DNA of 64,000 nucleotides from a virus: IMG/VR virus record IMGVR_UViG_3300032093_000013. The stretch is one strand, 5' to 3'. Every line of letters starts with the position of its first letter. Positions within the stretch are counted from its first letter, which is position 1. Shown here piece after piece: positions 1 through 9,494 of this stretch. Position numbers and translations under genes: made by a program. Under the pieces are notes generated by a model. It saw nothing but the letters and a program-made list of their open reading frames with translations. It did not search any database and was not told where the DNA came from.

Positions 1-1717
1 CCATATTTGTTTGCTGTGGTGGTGCAGACATTTGCACTTCAGATGTTGTGTTAAATGGTGCAAATTTACTATATTTGTTTAGTGGGTCAAATTTACCAGT
101 TAAAGTACCACCATTCCATCCAGTTCCAGTTTCCCAGTGCAAATGAGGTCCACTAGTTCTTCCACTCATTCCAACTTTGCCAATTACCTCACCTTTTTTA
201 ACTGGACCACTGCGTTTATATCCAGATTGCATATGCCCATATAAATGGTAAATTCCAAGATTATCTCTCATTACTAAAAAGTTTCCCCATCCGTTTTCAT
301 AATCAGAATCAACAATAACACCATCAGAAACAGCCCTTAATGAGGTGCCTTGTTTAACTGCTAAATCGGATCCACCATGTGTTCGTGTCCCCCTTAATTC
401 CCCATACCTACTTGTTATAATTGGGGTAATTCCTCTAGATGAAACTGCCTGTGTAGATTGTTGAGAAGTCTGAGCGGGACCTCCTTTTCTTTGCATATCT
501 AGAGCATCTCCCGCTGTTTCAGGTGATATACTAGCTCTATTTCTACCAACACCAGCATATCTAGATTGCCCACGAACTCTACCAGCTTCAGGATATTCTA
601 GACCAACTGAAGCAAATTCTCTTGCCAATTGTTGAATAGCTAATCTTCTATTATTTGATTTTCCATTAATATATGCACCAATTTCTGGTCTCTTTACATC
701 AATCAAATAATCAAACAGTCTGTTTTGAGTTGCAGAATTAAACTTAGCATTTAATGGAATTTTAGTATGTCTAACCGCACCAGCTAAAGTGACGGGAATA
801 AATTGATATTTACCAACTGCAAAAACTCTATTTTCTTTTTGAGCTTGCATAATTTCACCAACTGTCATATCAGTTAGGTTTTTGCCAAAAATAGATTTTG
901 CACCACCTGGAGTATCACCAGCATTTCCCCTATTAACTGAATTAAGTCCACCCTCACCCTTTACAACTAAGGATGCCAATTCGGGATATTTTGTCCCACC
1001 CCCTGAAGTCACGGTGCCACCACTGTAAGGTGGTGGTTCTGCATAAGCACCTTCATTAGTTTGCTGTGTGCCCACTTCAGGAATCTTTTCTCCACTATAC
1101 TTACCTTCTGTGAGTGGAGTTGTTAATAGTCCAAATGCTTCTTCAATTTGACTTGTAAGGTTTTCCATCGTAAAGTTCAAATCACTCATTGCAGTTTTGA
1201 CACGGTTTGAAGTATCAAAGAAATCAAACTGCAATAGATTTTGACCAAGTGCTCCTAAAATATTTCCAACATTAACAAACAATCTAATGGTGTTATTAAA
1301 AAATCCTGAAAGAATTTGACCTGCTTTTTGAATTCTTGCAACAAACTCTTTACCCATTGCAATCCAAGTCGGAAGATTATTCATCAACCACCCAGCAGAT
1401 AAGTATCCAATAAATCCTAAAATTCGATTAAAAAACCCCCCCACGCCTGCTGATTGAGTAAGTTGTTGAGGACCACCAAGACTAATAGCAACTCTTGGCG
1501 CTTCAAGTTCATCCTCAAGCATCATTCTTTTTTCATTTTCTTCTCTTCTTTTTCTAAAAAGATTTGTCTGTGCAAATGATTCTCTTTTAACTTTAGTTCT
1601 TTTTAGAATAACCTGACCAATATTTTTTACAGAGCTTCGTGCTTCAGTGACTTTCTTTTGAGAATCACTTGCCGAAGTCGTAACTTTTTTTAAATTTAGA
1701 GGAGATGCTACTACCAT
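1..1717 (-). CDS. Virion/baseplate-hub protein with lysozyme-like domain and M23 peptidase domain (3' end runs off window)
   Basis: Not in the ORF track; read manually from ATG at 1717 (MVVASPLNLKK). Contains EGGLNSVNRG...MTVGEI...AVGKYQFIP (lysozyme-like) and the M23 motifs THGGSD and GPHLHWE in the same frame. Confidence 0.8.
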   Translation of the reverse strand, partial: MVVASPLNLKKVTTSASDSQKKVTEARSSVKNIGQVILKRTKVKRESFAQTNLFRKRREENEKRMMLEDELEAPRVAISLGGPQQLTQSAGVGGFFNRILGFIGYLSAGWLMNNLPTWIAMGKEFVARIQKAGQILSGFFNNTIRLFVNVGNILGALGQNLLQFDFFDTSNRVKTAMSDLNFTMENLTSQIEEAFGLLTTPLTEGKYSGEKIPEVGTQQTNEGAYAEPPPYSGGTVTSGGGTKYPELASLVVKGEGGLNSVNRGNAGDTPGGAKSIFGKNLTDMTVGEIMQAQKENRVFAVGKYQFIPVTLAGAVRHTKIPLNAKFNSATQNRLFDYLIDVKRPEIGAYINGKSNNRRLAIQQLAREFASVGLEYPEAGRVRGQSRYAGVGRNRASISPETAGDALDMQRKGGPAQTSQQSTQAVSSRGITPIITSRYGELRGTRTHGGSDLAVKQGTSLRAVSDGVIVDSDYENGWGNFLVMRDNLGIYHLYGHMQSGYKRSGPVKKGEVIGKVGMSGRTSGPHLHWETGTGWNGGTLTGKFDPLNKYSKFAPFNTTSEVQMSAPPQQTNM

Positions 1718-1718
1718 A

Positions 1719-3326
1719 TCACATCACCACATTATAATTCATTTGTGAATAAAGCACATAAAAATTATCAGTATTGGAAGATGGTATGAATGGCACATCA
1801 GTCAATGGTTCTTGTTGTGCTACCATTGTTTGTGTTCTATCTCTACCACCACCTGCCATAATAATATTTGCCTTTGCTTCAGGTAATGTTCCAACAGGAG
1901 TAGTTGGTTTTGGTGGTGCCTGCATGTTTGCCGCTGGTTTTTCTTGAATCAATCCTTCGATATTTAATGTTCCGTAAGGAGATGCTGTTTCTTGTGCTAA
2001 AGGTTGTGCTGGTGCCTGTAACATATTTGCAGTATCCACACTGAATTTCATTTCAGATGCTGGCGGCATTGCTGGTGTTTGTGGTTGTGATGGAGACACT
2101 TTTGCTGCTGTTGGTGTTGGTGTTGGCGCATTATCTTTTTTCTTACCCAAGAATGTTCCTTCAAAAGCACCATACTCTCTTGCAATGTCAACACCTAAAG
2201 CAGGAAGTCCGATAATTGGGACAGCAGATGCGTAGGACAACAATCCGCCCGTGATATCTCCTTTTGCAATTCTGTAAGTTCCAACTCCAAGTGCTATAGG
2301 AGCAAAAAGTTTAGAAGCAACATTTCCAGCTCCCCTTAAAACTCCTTGAGCACCTTTTCCAATATTTCCAATTCCACCTAAAAACCTTCCCAAAGGTCCG
2401 CTTCTACTCAAAACTCTTCCACCACTTGTAGTAATGGGAGTCCTACCACCAGCACCTGTAATTGCTCTTGCTGCCCCTCTACCAAGTCCAAGCAACCCAC
2501 CAATTGCTGACCCTGCTAATCTAAAAGGTGCTAAAGCAATTCTAGCAACAAGTGCCCCCAATCTCAATGTTAATCCAGTAATCGTTCTCATTAAGAGACC
2601 GAATCCTATTTTAACAGCAGCAAAAGCACCTATTGCATATAAAACATTCTTAATAACATTATTCTTAATTTCTTCAAGTTTTTTACTATTTCCTTCAGTC
2701 AGTGCTTTTAAGGTTTCAATACCTTGATTTGTAAGCCATCCAAAGAATAATGTTGTCAGAGACCCCATAATACGGTCAAACAAACTTGTAATGGTTTGTT
2801 GAAGTTTGAGTATTGGTCTTGCAAGTGCCGCTTGAATTCCTCTTTCAAGAGCACTTTCTTTACCAAGACGAATTTTACGCTCTGCTAATCTTCTTTCTTG
2901 TTCTTGCTCTTGCTTGAGTTGATTTTGCTCAACAGCACTTTCTGCTTGCAATAATTTGGCAGTGTTTTGCACTCCCTGATTTAAGTCGGTGACTTGCACA
3001 CGAATCACATCAAGACTCTGCTGAAGACCGCCAACTGTTTGTTGAGTTGTTTGAATGCTTAAGTCTTGTGCTCTATCAACTAAACTAACTTGAGGTCTAA
3101 CTACAATTGCTGTGCCAGTAGTGGCGCCAGCACCGCCACCTCCTCCACCTACTCCAGCACTACCTCCACCGCCAGAGACTACACGCCCACCAAAAACAGT
3201 TCTTGGGAGGGTTGTAATTCTACCTAAAGAAAATTTTTGAAGGGTAATTCTTTCTGTGCCAGTATAATACCCACCACCCGGTTTTTCACCTGTTTGTGCT
3301 CTTAAACCAGCTTCTGCCCTATCCAT
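1719..3326 (-). CDS. Probable baseplate hub / tail length determinant (gp29-like)
   Basis: 535 aa with coiled-coil and Gly/Ala-rich helical segments; lies directly downstream of gp26-gp51 as in T4-like cyanophages. Confidence 0.55.
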   Translation of the reverse strand: MDRAEAGLRAQTGEKPGGGYYTGTERITLQKFSLGRITTLPRTVFGGRVVSGGGGSAGVGGGGGGAGATTGTAIVVRPQVSLVDRAQDLSIQTTQQTVGGLQQSLDVIRVQVTDLNQGVQNTAKLLQAESAVEQNQLKQEQEQERRLAERKIRLGKESALERGIQAALARPILKLQQTITSLFDRIMGSLTTLFFGWLTNQGIETLKALTEGNSKKLEEIKNNVIKNVLYAIGAFAAVKIGFGLLMRTITGLTLRLGALVARIALAPFRLAGSAIGGLLGLGRGAARAITGAGGRTPITTSGGRVLSRSGPLGRFLGGIGNIGKGAQGVLRGAGNVASKLFAPIALGVGTYRIAKGDITGGLLSYASAVPIIGLPALGVDIAREYGAFEGTFLGKKKDNAPTPTPTAAKVSPSQPQTPAMPPASEMKFSVDTANMLQAPAQPLAQETASPYGTLNIEGLIQEKPAANMQAPPKPTTPVGTLPEAKANIIMAGGGRDRTQTMVAQQEPLTDVPFIPSSNTDNFYVLYSQMNYNVVM

Positions 3327-3492
3327 TCGCTTGATTCTTCAGGGTTTCCTCTTCAATATATTGTTGGAGAAGAGTAATATAAACCTCCCTTTCCCAAGGA
3401 ATCATATTTTCCAACTCTGTTAATGAATATTTATGGTGCTGAATCAAGGCAAAGTTTGTCTTGTAGTATGATGCAAGGTCTTCGTGCATCAT
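3319..3492 (-). CDS. gp51: Baseplate hub assembly chaperone gp51-like (57 aa; possibly made as a -1 frameshift extension of gp26)
   Basis: Manual translation MMHEDLASYYKTNFALIQHHKYSLTELENMIPWEREVYITLLQQYIEEE; typical short cyanophage gp51 signature (ENMxPWER). Confidence 0.85.
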   Translation of the reverse strand: MMHEDLASYYKTNFALIQHHKYSLTELENMIPWEREVYITLLQQYIEEETLKNQANG

Positions 3493-3507
3493 TCCTAGGC
3501 GAAAAAA
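3468..3507 (-). promoter_or_regulatory. Putative -1 programmed ribosomal frameshift signal (slippery heptamer plus stem-loop)
   Basis: U UUU UUC at 3507-3501 in the last codons of gp26, an 8-nt spacer, then an 8-bp hairpin AUGAUGCA/UGCAUCAU; the -1 frame is the gp51 frame. Confidence 0.65.
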
Positions 3508-4214
3508 CTTGTTAGACCCTCCAATACTACTTCACTTTCCACTTCAGTATTTGGATTTGTAACTTTAATAGTATGAGAAAGTTTAGGCATTGTTTCAAAA
3601 AACTTTTCAATGTCTTTAAACTGTTGAGAAGTTAGTTGCTCAAGAAATTCCTTAAGTTCTTTTTTTGTTACATCAGAAGATGACCAAGACTCTTCTTCAC
3701 TATAAATCTGCTCAATACAAGAGGTAATCATATCAAATGTTTCATCAACAGAAATTTCAGATCCAGCAATAAAATTACTCTTGACAAATTCTTGCATTGA
3801 TGGATATCTCATTCTCAAAGTTAAACTATCATCAAGTTTGATATCTCTCGAATGGTCTTCTCTAAACTCAACTTCAATATCATCTAGATTGATACTTACA
3901 GGAACTTGTGTATTTCCATCATCGGGACAAGTAATTAAAACATCAACGGTTTCACCAACAGATTTTCCACGAATGTTGAGGAACAAATATTCAATATCAA
4001 AAGTTGCAAGTTGCTCAATCTTAATTCCACGAGTAACAATGCAATTGCCAATTACTGTTTTTACTGCTTCAGCAATTTGCTTTGGGTCTTCACTTTCCAT
4101 TGCAATGATTAAAACCTTTTCTTCCTTCACAAGAAATGGGCGATACTTGATACTTTTCTTTAGAGAAGGAATTTCCAACTCATAGGTCGGTGTTGAAATT
4201 TTTGGTAAAGGCAT
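3495..4214 (-). CDS. gp26: Baseplate hub assembly protein gp26
   Basis: MPLPKI..YRPFLVKEEK..FDIEYLFLNIRGKSVGE..CPDD motifs; synteny. Confidence 0.9.
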   Translation of the reverse strand: MPLPKISTPTYELEIPSLKKSIKYRPFLVKEEKVLIIAMESEDPKQIAEAVKTVIGNCIVTRGIKIEQLATFDIEYLFLNIRGKSVGETVDVLITCPDDGNTQVPVSINLDDIEVEFREDHSRDIKLDDSLTLRMRYPSMQEFVKSNFIAGSEISVDETFDMITSCIEQIYSEEESWSSSDVTKKELKEFLEQLTSQQFKDIEKFFETMPKLSHTIKVTNPNTEVESEVVLEGLTSFFA

Positions 4215-4244
4215 AATAACCTATAGAAACGTCAGTAAAGTTAT

Positions 4245-5084
4245 TTAGAAGAGAGTTTCTGAGTTCGCTTGTGTAGATAATGGATTTGAAGATAAAGAAT
4301 CTGATGCTGACTGAAGTGCTTCGCTATTGCTTACTCCAAAAGTATAAGTTTCCTGAGATGCTCGGAAAACATCCTCTGCAGATTGTGGAGCCGATGGAAT
4401 ATTCTGCGGTTGAAGAGGATTGAGATTATTATTATTTCCGATAACAAATTGATTAAAGGAATTTGTTGCTCCAGCAATATAACGATCGTATTGAAAAGAA
4501 GCAGAAACTTTTAAAGTATCTGATGACGTATATGAAACAGGAACTGAACTTATGTTTAATGGAAACAACCCTCTAAAATTATATACAATCTCCCTTCGAT
4601 AATCCCTATCAAACTTAACTATTCTAACTTGATTTGCCTTATAATATTGGGGGTATTGCATTCTCACAAAATAATTACTGACATTTTGACTAATTGGTGC
4701 GTTTTCACCAATAAGACCTTGATTATTAAAAGACCCACTGGCAATAAATTCCATCCAACATTCTAAAAAGTTAAGCATTTGATAATCACTATCGACATAA
4801 AAATCTAGAGTGATTTCTGAATAGATTCTAGAGCTTGCAAACTTTTCTTGAACTCCCATATAATTTCCATCAACTGTAAAAGATCCTAATGATGTTGTTG
4901 GAAGCACAGCAGAGTAGCATAACAGACCAGCGCCTTCAGCAATAAATCTGGGATTGATTCCCCTTCTAGAAAGGTAAAACATCAACTCTGGAGGCAGCAT
5001 TCCAAATTGCACTTCATAATGAGAAGTTTGTGCAAGATTGGTTAGCAGTGGTTTAATATCCGATATTCTGCGAGGAAATGCCAC
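4245..5084 (-). CDS. Tail-tube-like baseplate protein (gp54-like tube initiator)
   Basis: Tail-tube-fold-like motifs (ITLDFYVD..FLECWMEFI..FPLNISSVPVSY..VSASFQY); lies between gp26 and gp4. Confidence 0.65.
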   Translation of the reverse strand: MAFPRRISDIKPLLTNLAQTSHYEVQFGMLPPELMFYLSRRGINPRFIAEGAGLLCYSAVLPTTSLGSFTVDGNYMGVQEKFASSRIYSEITLDFYVDSDYQMLNFLECWMEFIASGSFNNQGLIGENAPISQNVSNYFVRMQYPQYYKANQVRIVKFDRDYRREIVYNFRGLFPLNISSVPVSYTSSDTLKVSASFQYDRYIAGATNSFNQFVIGNNNNLNPLQPQNIPSAPQSAEDVFRASQETYTFGVSNSEALQSASDSLSSNPLSTQANSETLF

Positions 5085-5125
5085 TCTAAATACCTTATAC
5101 GAGTCTTATATTATTAAGTATTTAG

Positions 5126-5563
5126 ATGTCATATAAGGGAAAATATAAACCATCGCATCCTGAAAAATACAACGGAGATCCTACAAATATCATTTATCGA
5201 TCTCTTTGGGAAAGAAAGTTTTGTGTCTATTGTGATACGAATGAAAAAATAATTGAATGGTCATCAGAAGAAAAAGCAATTCCTTATCGGTCACCAATCG
5301 ACGGAAAGATACATCGGTACTTTCCAGACTTCCTTATTAAAGTCAAAGAATCTGATGGTAGTATTAAAAAATATATGATTGAGATTAAACCCTCAAAACA
5401 AACAGTGCCTCCCCCAAAACCAAAGAGACAAACAAAGCAATACATTGCAGAGGTTTATGAGTATGCTAAAAATCAATCAAAGTGGGAAGCAGCAAGAGAA
5501 TGGTGTGCTGATCGTGGGTATGAGTTTAAGGTAATCACCGAACACGAATTGGGAATTAAGTAA
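5126..5563 (+). CDS. gp4: Head completion nuclease gp4
   Basis: YKGKYKP..YRSLWE..HRYFPDF..IEIKP..NQSKWEAA; TnsA-like PD-(D/E)XK fold; late promoter TAAATA at 5087-5092. Confidence 0.92.
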   Translation: MSYKGKYKPSHPEKYNGDPTNIIYRSLWERKFCVYCDTNEKIIEWSSEEKAIPYRSPIDGKIHRYFPDFLIKVKESDGSIKKYMIEIKPSKQTVPPPKPKRQTKQYIAEVYEYAKNQSKWEAAREWCADRGYEFKVITEHELGIK

Positions 5564-5937
5564 TGCCAAGAAAGACTTTACAACAAAGAAAAAGAAGTCG
5601 TATTACCCTTCTTGTAAAAAATCTGCTTGGGACAGAAAATGCTAATGATATTATGAATAAATTAAAGACTATTTTACCAGAAACTGTAGGACCACCGAAG
5701 GCAGGTAAGTTTTATATTTTTGTATATAACGCAAAGACTTCTGGAGTGAGATATGACCAAAATCCTTTAGTCGCAGTTACAGAAGTTTTTAATTGGGGAT
5801 TTAGAGGAATCAATTATCACTGGGGAGAAGTGCGCCAATACACTTGGGATGAAGTTGCAGGTGCTGTCTATGAGGTCTATAGGGAAGAAATAGATGACTT
5901 AAGGCGATTGCCTTTCAGCAACATTCTAACTAAATAG
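5563..5937 (+). CDS. gp2: DNA end protector protein gp2-like
   Basis: FVYNAKT..YDQNPLV..GFRGINYHW motif; follows gp4. Confidence 0.7.
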   Translation: MPRKTLQQRKRSRITLLVKNLLGTENANDIMNKLKTILPETVGPPKAGKFYIFVYNAKTSGVRYDQNPLVAVTEVFNWGFRGINYHWGEVRQYTWDEVAGAVYEVYREEIDDLRRLPFSNILTK

Positions 5938-5949
5938 TTCAAAAAATAA

Positions 5950-6867
5950 ATGTCCAAACCAACAGTATTCAGATACCCATTAGGTCTCATAGATCAGAAT
6001 ACTGACTATGTAAAAATTGATGCTTATAAGTATCGTCCTCCAGGACTTAATGTTCCTACACAGCAAAACTTTTCTTTTGCTCAAAAAAGTTCTGATGGAC
6101 TATATGATAGTTTGGGTGCAAAAGAAATAAGAGGGACTATTATTTTACCCATTCCACAAAGTATGCCTACCAACACACAATCTGCGAGTTGGTCTGAAGG
6201 TAGAATGGGTCCAGGAGCAACTTTAGGATTGGGAATAGCATCTAAAACTATAGAAAGTAAAGATTTTTTTAGTAATTTGGGGTCAAGTTTAGCAGCAGCT
6301 GCTGTTGGTATCAGCAAAGCTGCACAAACAACACTAGGTCAAAAAGGATTGCAAAGTTTTTTTGCTGCAAAAGGTGTTGAACAATTGCTAGGGCAAGATG
6401 GTCTATTTAATGATGTTTTAGCAAGACAAACAGGAGCAGTATTTAATGAAAATATTGAATTGTTATTCAGAGGTTTAAATCTTCGAGCACCATTTCAATT
6501 TGCCTTCGATTTGGCGCCAAGAGATGATAAAGAAGCACAAGTAATTCGAAATATGGTCATTTTCCTTAAAAAAGAAATGGCAGCTAGAAAAGGAAGCCAA
6601 ACTGGAGCAGCTGCTGGATTATTCTTAACTGCTCCAAGCGTTTTTAAAGTTCAATATATGAGTGGTGGAAAACCACATCCATATCTCAACAAGTTTAAAA
6701 TTTGCGCCCTTACTGATTTAGCACTTAACTTTACTGGGTCTAATACATATGCAACCTATTCTGACGGAACTCCAGTGCATATGAGTTTGGGATTAACATT
6801 CCAAGAGTTGACTCCAATTTACGCCCAAGACTACCCGGAAAGAAACGAAACAGGAGTTGGATACTAA
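5950..6867 (+). CDS. gp48: Baseplate tail-tube cap gp48
   Basis: ILPIP..NIELLFRG..FQFAFDLAPRD..EA..LTFQELTPIY; synteny with gp53; TAAATA at 5931-5936. Confidence 0.85.
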   Translation: MSKPTVFRYPLGLIDQNTDYVKIDAYKYRPPGLNVPTQQNFSFAQKSSDGLYDSLGAKEIRGTIILPIPQSMPTNTQSASWSEGRMGPGATLGLGIASKTIESKDFFSNLGSSLAAAAVGISKAAQTTLGQKGLQSFFAAKGVEQLLGQDGLFNDVLARQTGAVFNENIELLFRGLNLRAPFQFAFDLAPRDDKEAQVIRNMVIFLKKEMAARKGSQTGAAAGLFLTAPSVFKVQYMSGGKPHPYLNKFKICALTDLALNFTGSNTYATYSDGTPVHMSLGLTFQELTPIYAQDYPERNETGVGY

Positions 6868-7559
6868 TGACATACTTCAGAGAACTTCCAAATTTAGAAT
6901 ATCAATCCTTTTTACCAGGAACTAAATCTTCTCATCAATATGTCACGGTAAAGAATTTATTCCGTAGAGTTAAACTTCGTGACGACTTACAAAATGTCTT
7001 CACTATCTTTGACAAATATCAAATTCCAGATGGTTCCAGACCAGAGTTGGTCGCACAAGAACTTTATGGAAGCGTTCAATATGATTGGGTTGTGATTGTA
7101 TCTGCAGGAATTACAAGACTTAGAGATGAATGGCCACTTTCCGATAAACAAGTCTATGATTATTCGGAATCAATTTATGGAAGTGACTTAAATGAAATTC
7201 ATCATTATGAAACCAAAGAAGTCAAAGACCCAGAAGATCGTTTAATTTTACCTTCTGGTCAAGTTGTTGATGAAGACTTTAAAGTTTATTATACTTACGA
7301 TGGAAATCTTTATACAAATGACGCAACAGCACTTGGAGAAAATGTCATTCGCATATCAGACCCAATTGTGGGTGTGAGTAATTATGAATATGAAGTCAGA
7401 AAAAACAATGATAAAAGAGGTATCTACGTATTAAAACCAAGATACCTCCAACAAGTTATTAATGATACAAGAAAAGCGATGATCTATGATAGGTCATCGC
7501 AGTATGTGAATGATAGATTAATTAAGACTGAAAACACAAAGGTTTCAATTCCATTTTAA
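6867..7559 (+). CDS. gp53: Baseplate wedge subunit gp53
   Basis: YFRELPN..KNLFRR..RPELVAQELYG..WVVI..EWP (LysM-like) motifs. Confidence 0.9.
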   Translation: MTYFRELPNLEYQSFLPGTKSSHQYVTVKNLFRRVKLRDDLQNVFTIFDKYQIPDGSRPELVAQELYGSVQYDWVVIVSAGITRLRDEWPLSDKQVYDYSESIYGSDLNEIHHYETKEVKDPEDRLILPSGQVVDEDFKVYYTYDGNLYTNDATALGENVIRISDPIVGVSNYEYEVRKNNDKRGIYVLKPRYLQQVINDTRKAMIYDRSSQYVNDRLIKTENTKVSIPF

Positions 7560-7582
7560 AGGAGGAGATTTCTCTCCTCCTC
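7558..7582. terminator. Intrinsic terminator between convergent gp53 and gp32
   Basis: AGGAGGAG-atttct-CTCCTCCT hairpin. Confidence 0.7.
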
Positions 7583-7589
7583 ATACACA

Positions 7590-8513
7590 TCAGTCTTCGG
7601 CAAGTTTTGCGAAGTACGAAAGTGCGTCATCATCCTCATCTTCTTCCACTGGAGCAGCAGCACGACGAGTGGGTTGAAGATTATTCAGTTCGCTACGAAG
7701 ACCATCATCAAGGTCCCTTGCAGAACCACGAGAATACTCTTCCTCGTTATCAACTTCTTCATCGAGACGCACAGACTTTGCACCAAGCACTGAATCAAGA
7801 CGCTTCTTCAATTCTTCATAAGTCTTGAATTGGTCAGGAGCAACAAATTCGGTAAGAGAATACTGCTTCTTCCAGATTGCTTCCATTGCATCATCATCGT
7901 CCAGAAGAGCTCCAACCGAAGCAAACTCACTGGAATCATAGTTACGATAACCAGCAACACTCTTTGCCTTCAGTTTGAAGTTTGCACCTTGCCAGAAGTC
8001 AAAGGCATTAATCGGAGTTTCGTCCTCATATTCAGGTTGCATTGCTTCCATAATCTTATCAAAGATTTTCTTACCATACTTGAAGAGGAAGACTTTACCT
8101 TCGTTTTCAGGATTGGCAGGGTCTTTGACGACATAAACATTGCTGACATAAGTCAGTTTACGCTTCTGCTTACGGGCAACTTCTTTGCCAGCATCAGTGC
8201 CATTATTCCAGAGTCCAGAGTTGTGCTCGCACACAGGGCACTTTTGATTCACGGTAGTCAGGCACGTATCAATTAACCAACCACCAGGACCTTGAAATGC
8301 GTGACTATAAACTTTGACAAACGGAATATCTTCCCCATTAGGAGCAGGAAGAAAACGGATTACGGCATAACCATTATTTGACTTATCTACACTCAACTTC
8401 CAAAAGCGGTCATCACTAGAACTTTCGGAGTTATTCATTTTTTCTACTTCTTTCACCAGTTTTTCGGTGAGAGAACCAAGTTTGGATTGCTTCTTAAGAT
8501 TTTCGAATGACAT
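7590..8513 (-). CDS. gp32: Single-stranded DNA-binding protein gp32
   Basis: DDRFWK..GYAVIRFLPAP..HAFQGPGGW..CPVCE..YGKKIFDKI; acidic tail ending DALSYFAKLAED. Confidence 0.97.
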   Translation of the reverse strand: MSFENLKKQSKLGSLTEKLVKEVEKMNNSESSSDDRFWKLSVDKSNNGYAVIRFLPAPNGEDIPFVKVYSHAFQGPGGWLIDTCLTTVNQKCPVCEHNSGLWNNGTDAGKEVARKQKRKLTYVSNVYVVKDPANPENEGKVFLFKYGKKIFDKIMEAMQPEYEDETPINAFDFWQGANFKLKAKSVAGYRNYDSSEFASVGALLDDDDAMEAIWKKQYSLTEFVAPDQFKTYEELKKRLDSVLGAKSVRLDEEVDNEEEYSRGSARDLDDGLRSELNNLQPTRRAAAPVEEDEDDDALSYFAKLAED

Positions 8514-8554
8514 AGGATTTTTAGGATACTTGGGATGAATTGGATTACTTGGAT

Positions 8555-8583
8555 ATTATAGCAAAAATGCTCTCAACCGTCAA
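8555..8583 (-). promoter_or_regulatory. Sigma70-type promoter for gp32
   Basis: TTGACG-17nt-TATAAT with an extended TG. Confidence 0.7.
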
Positions 8584-8905
8584 TGAATTGCTTGAGAGAT
8601 TCGATGGTTTTGGTCATACTGCTAAACAGTACTCCCATATCAGTCTCTGGTGGGAAACCCATCAGGGCAACTGATTTACGAAGATTCTCTTTCATCACAA
8701 CCGCTTCTGGGTCATCCGAAAGAGACAATCTTGTATACATTACTCTCTGTTTTTCAAGTAACATTTCAAGTCTTTCAATATGCTCCAGTTTATCTTCACG
8801 GGACATAACACCAAAAGTCAAAATGCTTCCATATATACTCTCTTGTAACTGATTGATTTCTTTCAGTTCTTCCTGAATAATATCAGAATCAAAAAATTTA
8901 CTCAT
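8573..8905 (-). CDS. Conserved cyanophage protein (DUF1825-like)
   Basis: MSKFFDSDIIQEEL..LLEKQRVMYTRLSLSDDPEA; start moved to ATG 8905, which overlaps the end of gp59. Confidence 0.75.
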   Translation of the reverse strand: MSKFFDSDIIQEELKEINQLQESIYGSILTFGVMSREDKLEHIERLEMLLEKQRVMYTRLSLSDDPEAVVMKENLRKSVALMGFPPETDMGVLFSSMTKTIESLKQFIDG

Positions 8906-9494
8906 TGATAATTTCCCGTAAAATCTTCTTGAATTGAAACACATCAATATTTAGAAATGGATTGTATTTTTTCATTTTTAAACTGACGGTTTCCCATACC
9001 GGATCTGAAAGTTTCTTATCAAACTTTTTCCCGAACAGGAATATTTTATCATAGATGATTAGAGTTTCAATAGAAATCTTCCCGCTCAGGAATCTTTTTA
9101 GAACGGGTGGATGACCTTTGGAACAGTTCAAGGCATCCTCTAATTTTGTTTCCAAGAACAATTCGCTGCTTTGCTCTTTGAACAAGTAAGTCAAACTCTG
9201 TTGTCTCCGCATCCAATCTGCGTATTTCCTTTCGCCAGAATTGATAATTTCGCCAATCCATAAATTACTCGCGTTGTCTGCCTCTACAAAATTTGATACT
9301 AAAAAATCTACGACTTCTTTGTCAGAGTATTTGCGACTTGTTTTCTCGAACCAATATTTATCGCGCCTCTTATTAAAGGAAGCAATACTGGCACGGGTCT
9401 TCGCACCATACTTGAAGAAATCGTATTTTGGATTTGTAAAATGATTTTTAAGTGACAGATAATGTTGATAAGTTTCAAATGGAGTCACAATCAT
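8898..9494 (-). CDS. gp59: Helicase loader gp59
   Basis: YLSLKNHFT..YDFFKY..FNKRRDKYWFEK motif. Confidence 0.92.
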   Translation of the reverse strand: MIVTPFETYQHYLSLKNHFTNPKYDFFKYGAKTRASIASFNKRRDKYWFEKTSRKYSDKEVVDFLVSNFVEADNASNLWIGEIINSGERKYADWMRRQQSLTYLFKEQSSELFLETKLEDALNCSKGHPPVLKRFLSGKISIETLIIYDKIFLFGKKFDKKLSDPVWETVSLKMKKYNPFLNIDVFQFKKILREIINE

